This document shows positions 24,001 to 30,000 of a DNA stretch of 64,000 bases, piece by piece (positions within the stretch are counted from its first letter, which is position 1; each line of letters begins with the position of its first letter). Position numbers and translations under genes: made by a program. The DNA is from Candidatus Omnitrophota bacterium (GTDB lineage: Bacteria; Omnitrophota; Gorgyraeia; Gygaellales; Profunditerraquicolaceae): positions 16,556-80,555 of the forward strand of contig JAPLLN010000049.1 in the NCBI GenBank assembly GCA_026387475.1, written 5' to 3'. The notes under the pieces are model-generated. The model was not told the DNA's origin. It worked only from the letters and a program-made list of their open reading frames with translations, and searched no databases.

Positions 24001-27000
24001 CGCCCCATTTTACTACGTTTACAGCTGTTCTACCCACTGCCCCGCCTGTTCCTATGGTAGCGACTGTAGCTTCCGCACCAGAAAGCGCTGCCTCTATTAC
24101 AGTAACTCCCTGGGTAGTCGTACGTAAAGCGGTATAGATTTTACGTACAAAACCAATACCCGATCCCACTCCTTTAACGATACCGCCGATAGCTAAAGCA
24201 GTATCCAACCCTCCCACTTGTCCTGCCAAGGCACCGGCAAATATCTGCTCCGCATTACCGCCTTTTGCAGCAACTTCAGCTGCTCCTGTCGCACCACCAA
24301 GAGCTATCCAAGTAGTTGTGAGTACCGGCGTTGCTCTGGCAACCGGCCAAAGAGGCGCGAGGAAGAGAAGCTTATAGGCGCCATTCATTCCTGCGAGAAG
24401 AGTCGGCGCCGAAACAGCTAAATCCACAGCCTTTGCAGCAACATCATCTAGGTGCCCAATAGTAAAAATGCTGGCATTCTGGTTTACAAAAGCCAGGGCT
24501 TCTTCATATTTACCCTGTTTCACCAAACCCAAATATTTAGTATAGAGTATCGACTGATCTATGGCCTTGCCCCTAAGCGCAACCGCTTGGTCTTTTGTGC
24601 CACCCGAGATAAGTTTATCGAGAGCATTATATAAAAAGCGAGTGTTCCAGAAATTATCCTGACTAATGTCGAGAGCCGTACTTGAGATAAGCTGTATGTA
24701 TTTATCGGTCTGGGTGGCTATGAAAGAATTGATTGCGATCTTAGCCGAATTGCTGTCAACTACCGCACCCTTATCATCAAGAGCGATTAATTGAGTAGCT
24801 CCGGAAGCATCGACAACGCGGACAACCGTAAAATTCTCTCCCTTTTTATTAGAAACATTAGCAACCGCCTGCACATCGCGGCCATTAAATTGCAAATTCA
24901 GATTACCGTTATCCAGCTTAAGATCTAATCCTTTAGGCGCATAAACGCTTAAAGGCGCATCAGTTAGCGGGGCAGAGGCAGCTGCTTCGGTTACGGCATT
25001 ATTCCAGGTAAGCTTAAACTGAATGGAACCATTAACATTTGCTACTGCCAGTGTGGCTCCCTTATCTTTATTATTTTGATAAGTCTCTAATACACCTATG
25101 AAGGATGCAGTGCTGCGAAGATTGGGATCTTGCGCCATGGCCTCGCTGGCTAATTTGTAGGCATAATCAAAGTTGCCTTTTACCGCAGCATCTTTTGCCT
25201 GTTCGATCTTAACTGCCGCAATAGTATTGAAACCGCTGTATGCACTTTCGTTGCCGATGAAATCACCGAGTCGGACATCGGTTACCTTGCCGTTTAGAAT
25301 AACGGTAACCTTTGAATTTTCATCGTAACCCACCGCTTTATAAGCTGCTAATTTTGCATCTTTATCACCATCATTCTTAACCGTCTGAATAGTCAATTCA
25401 ATGTCCAGCGGGCGCATATGCCCAAACATTAATACAACACCTACAGGATCAAGCCCCAAGGTTTCGCGGATTCTAGCATAACGGTAAGCAGCAATAACGC
25501 AGTTTACTTTCCCCGAATCAGGTTTCTGAAGGTCAACTTTATCGGATAAATCCAAACCAAGGCTGGCTAATACTTGAGATAACTGATGAAGCTGGTTGCG
25601 ATCGATCCCATCGAGGGTAGGCGAATTCTTGATTTTCTCAAGGACGCCGCGGAGACCACCCTGCAGCTGATTCGGCAGGGTATCCATATCCGTTTTCTGC
25701 AAGAAAGCGCGCATGCTTTCAAGATTCATAACGCTTAACCTGTGGAGGGTATTGATGTCTGCTTCGGCAATACGAGCACCTTTAGGGTTAAGAAGGCTCT
25801 CGGTGCCATCCTCAAGCTTTACCTTATAAATACTTCCCAGGGGAGTCTGTAAATGAATACTGCTGGATTCAATATACTTATCCCCGACCTTTCCTGTTAC
25901 CTTATCAAACTTAATATTTCCTTTGTCATCTGTCGTGTAGCGTAAAACAACACCCGAAGACAGATCCTGCCTGAAATCAGTAAAAGAAGCGACTTTCTGT
26001 TTACCATTATTATCAACAGTAAACTTGTATTCGCCGAATACCGGAGTAAGCAGGGTGCCGTCGTTGAGCCTTAGCTGAGTAGCGATAACATTGACCGGCT
26101 TACCGTCGGTCGAGAATAACCCCAACCCAGTCTTAGCGTCATTTTTAAACTCTACATTATTGCTATAGACCCTCTGGCTATTATTTATCCAAACCGGATT
26201 TTCGTTAAATTTGTGGCGAGCACCTTCTGACCAAAGAGGAACAGTGTTAATAGAATTAATCTCGCCTGTTTTCGGATCAACGCCGAACCCTAACATGCCT
26301 ATGCCTCTGGATAAGGTAGCCTTACTAGTCCTCTCCCAATATTGATAAGCCGGCATATCATTTAATATTACAGAGCCTTGCTCAACACTAATTACCCCTC
26401 CTTTATTTCCGCCTTCACTTGAAAGACCATTAGCGAACGAGAAAACATCTCCTGCGATTTTTAATGTCGGAAGGGCATCATTACCCTGCTTGTATTCGCC
26501 ATAACCATAAATACGCGCTTCTGCTGTTCTATAATCACCGATAGGCGTGTATTCATTTTTATTATTAAGATTAAAATGTCCGGTCCAGCTATAGTACCTG
26601 CCTTCAATTTCGCTATTTTTATAGTTAATCCCCCAATCGATTACAGGTAAGCCGGCCTTGTCAAGAACCAGCTTGCCTGTCTTTGCGTCAACAGCTAAAA
26701 CAGGTTTACCATTAGCCCCTAATTTAACTTCATACAAATCCTGGGTAAAATCAATGAGGGCTTTACCGTGCACACCAACTTTTCTAGAGTCGCTAAATGA
26801 ATCCGGAATTATTTTCCAGCTAAGTTCAGCTGTGCGCGGTTTCGGATTTGTAACTACTGCTTGAATATGCTCGCCATTCTCCGGCCTGACACCAAAACGC
26901 TGCCTGGATTCAATCGTAAATATCCCGTTTCCTACGGTAGTGATTATGCCGTCGGCAGTGCGGGAGAGCGCTATAAGATTACGGTTGTCTACACCCTGAA

Positions 27001-30000
27001 CCGTAGCATAAGTAGTATTAACTCCATTAATATCCTGAAGCTGAATCTTTCCTTTTTCATATAAAGAAACTCCTCCTAAAACGCGATGTTCGGCATTATC
27101 CGCCCAGAGAGGAGTAGTATTTACGGAATTGATCTCACCTGTTTTCGGATCAGTACCGAACCCTAATAAGCCTAAACCGTTAGAAAAAGTAGCGAGACTA
27201 CCTGTATGTTCATATTTAAACGCAGGTTCGCTGGTCAAGCGCACTGCCCCCTCATCCACATGAATCGTACCGTTTCCGGAAGTACCCGAAGACGGTAATA
27301 CACCGTTAGCAAACGAGAAAACCTCTCCGGCAATTTTTAAGGCCGGAAGTGGAGTAGAATCCGTTCCCTGATAATAGTTGCCGTAGCCGTAAACCCGGAC
27401 TTCTGCTACCGCATTTCTAAACTCTTGGGTTCCGTATTTTGCAACCGCCTGACTAAAATATTTTCCCTCAATTTCGCTATTTTCGCGATTCCAATTCCAC
27501 TTGGTCTGGCCTTTTTCAGCAACAGGTTTACCACCACTGCCTAACACTACTTCATATAAATTCTTAGTATGATCTATTACTAAACGCTGGCCTATGCTTA
27601 CATCAAATCCCGTATTCTTGTCTTTGCCTAAATTCAGCCAAAGAAGTTGATTATCCGGACCACCCACATATTTTTTCCTGCCATCAGTAACTACCGCCTG
27701 TATATTCTGTCCTGCCAAAGGAGTAATTCCGAAACTATCCTTGGAATTGATTTCAAAAGTGCCGTTTCCAATACGGGTGACCACTCCCTTATCACTACGG
27801 AAGAAAGCTATAAGCTTGCTGTCATTCAGGCCCCAAACAGTATCCTGACGAGTAAGACCATTCTTATCCTTGACAGTAACTGTGCCTCTATTAACTCTTT
27901 CCGCAGATGCCCCTACTGTATGCCAGGAATAGTCTGCCCAAAGCAGAGAGTTATCAAAAGTAGCTTTTCCGTTATTTATCTGAAAGGCTAAAGGCACTTC
28001 GCCGCGCGAGATAATAATATCACTACTGCCAGGCATAACTCTATCTGTTACCCTGACCGCACCGTGAATAGCCAAAGCTAAAGCAGAACCACCCTTACCT
28101 TCAGTTTTTGAATTTCCGGGAGCGAAACTCCAGGTCTCCGGGAAAATAAACGCCAAGGCTGTTGCCGACCTCCCGTCTCTCATTACGGCGTATTCTTTAA
28201 TTTTATTAGATTCATTATATGTAGCAGGAGAATACTCATTCCTTCTTAAATACTGCTGCGCTAAAGCGTCGGTGTAAGTATTCCACCCTCTAAAGCTCTT
28301 CCCGCTTAAACTGCCTTCATATACTTTAACCCAATGGTCGATGTCGACCTTGCGCTGGAATGATTCCTGTAAATTCTTATTTTGATAAGATACCCACGAA
28401 CCTGACATTTTGTCTAGTAACTTATCCGCAACCCAAGTGTTCTTTGCCCCGATAGGCTCGAAACCCAGAGGATTTTTCGCAGTTGCCGATACAATCGTAA
28501 TCCCTTCGCCACCGATCTTGTGATCCCAGAAATTAATTCCCTTCTCATAGCCCGCCCAAGAATAGCGCTCCGGAGTCCCCGGGGTGTAATATTTTGCGCC
28601 GGGTAAATCCTTAGCTAATAGACCGTTCCAACTTACCTGCATTGTGCCGCTAAAAATATTAATTTTGTCGCTATATTTAGATAGACTGCCTAATACGTAA
28701 TTTTCGTAGGAGAGCGGAGTGCCGGTTTCAGCCCCGATTCCTGAAGTATATTTTCCCTGAGGTAGAAGAAGGTTAGTGCTGGCAAAGGTGGTGAAGTTAC
28801 GCGGAGATTCATATCTTCCTTGCGGGTTTAACCCAAACTGTATGCCCAGCATCTGAATCGGTTCACGGTTGATGGCAATAGACCCATTAGAATCTATTGT
28901 TCTAATAACGGTTTCGCCGCTCCAATATTTTGAATTAAAAGCAATGTCTCTGGAGCGTCCGGTAGAATAAAAAGGAACCGGCTTAATATCAACGCCTGCG
29001 ATATTACGAGACAAACTTGTAAAAGGCACCACTCCGCCTTCGTATCCTACGACTGGAGTTTTAAATTGAATTTTTTGATCGGTGAGCGTAGATATCCCAT
29101 CTGCGGTAAATTGTTCGCCATGAATATGTATAAGAGGATTTTTAGCGATAGCTCCCGGGCCTATGGAAGAAATTAACTTATTCTGAATATCTTCTACTTT
29201 AATAAAGGCCCTTTCGGGCATTACCCCTGTTACCTGAAGCCCGTTCTTGACAGCGGAATAGGATTGCCCGGCCTGCGCGATATTTGAAAAATTCATCCCA
29301 AAATAATTAACATAGTCTTTTCCTATGCGATTAGCTGCGGGGCTTACTAGATCATTATTCTGCGCGGACGGGGCACCTCCTATATAACCGATGGAATCTC
29401 CGGGATTCAAAGTAATCGCCAACTGGTCTCTGTTGTTAAAGATAAACCATTTAGGATTATCTATTGTATATCTGCCCGGGGATAAAACCGCTGCCTTAGC
29501 GATATCTTCCGCGCTGCTTTCAGGACCGACTTTCCCCTGTTGCAGGCTATTAAGCATCCTGAAATTGATAGCGTGGTCGGTTTTATTCTGGCTTTCTCCG
29601 TAAGCAAAAATCCTGTCTTCTGCATTTCTGCCTACGGCTAAATTTAACGCCGAGAAAGGTAACGGTTCGCTTGTCTTCCACCACCGGCTGCTCGGCATAT
29701 TGATTGTAGTATCGCCGACGGTTAATTGACCGGGAGTTGCTGACCCATTTCTTAAAGAGAACATTACTTGATTAGGATTAACCATTCTCCACGCTGAATT
29801 ATCGTGATTCCCATACCAGAGCCCTCCCCTTTCATCCTGATATAAACCAGTTCCAAAGAGTACGTTGGGGTTAGCCATATTATGAGTAAAAGTAAGAACA
29901 TGCGGGGTATCTTGAATTACATTTATTCCTCCTATAGTCTGTATCTGCGGTTCCAGTATGCCGCCTTCTTTTAGCATCATCCTCCAGGTAACAGGCGTGC

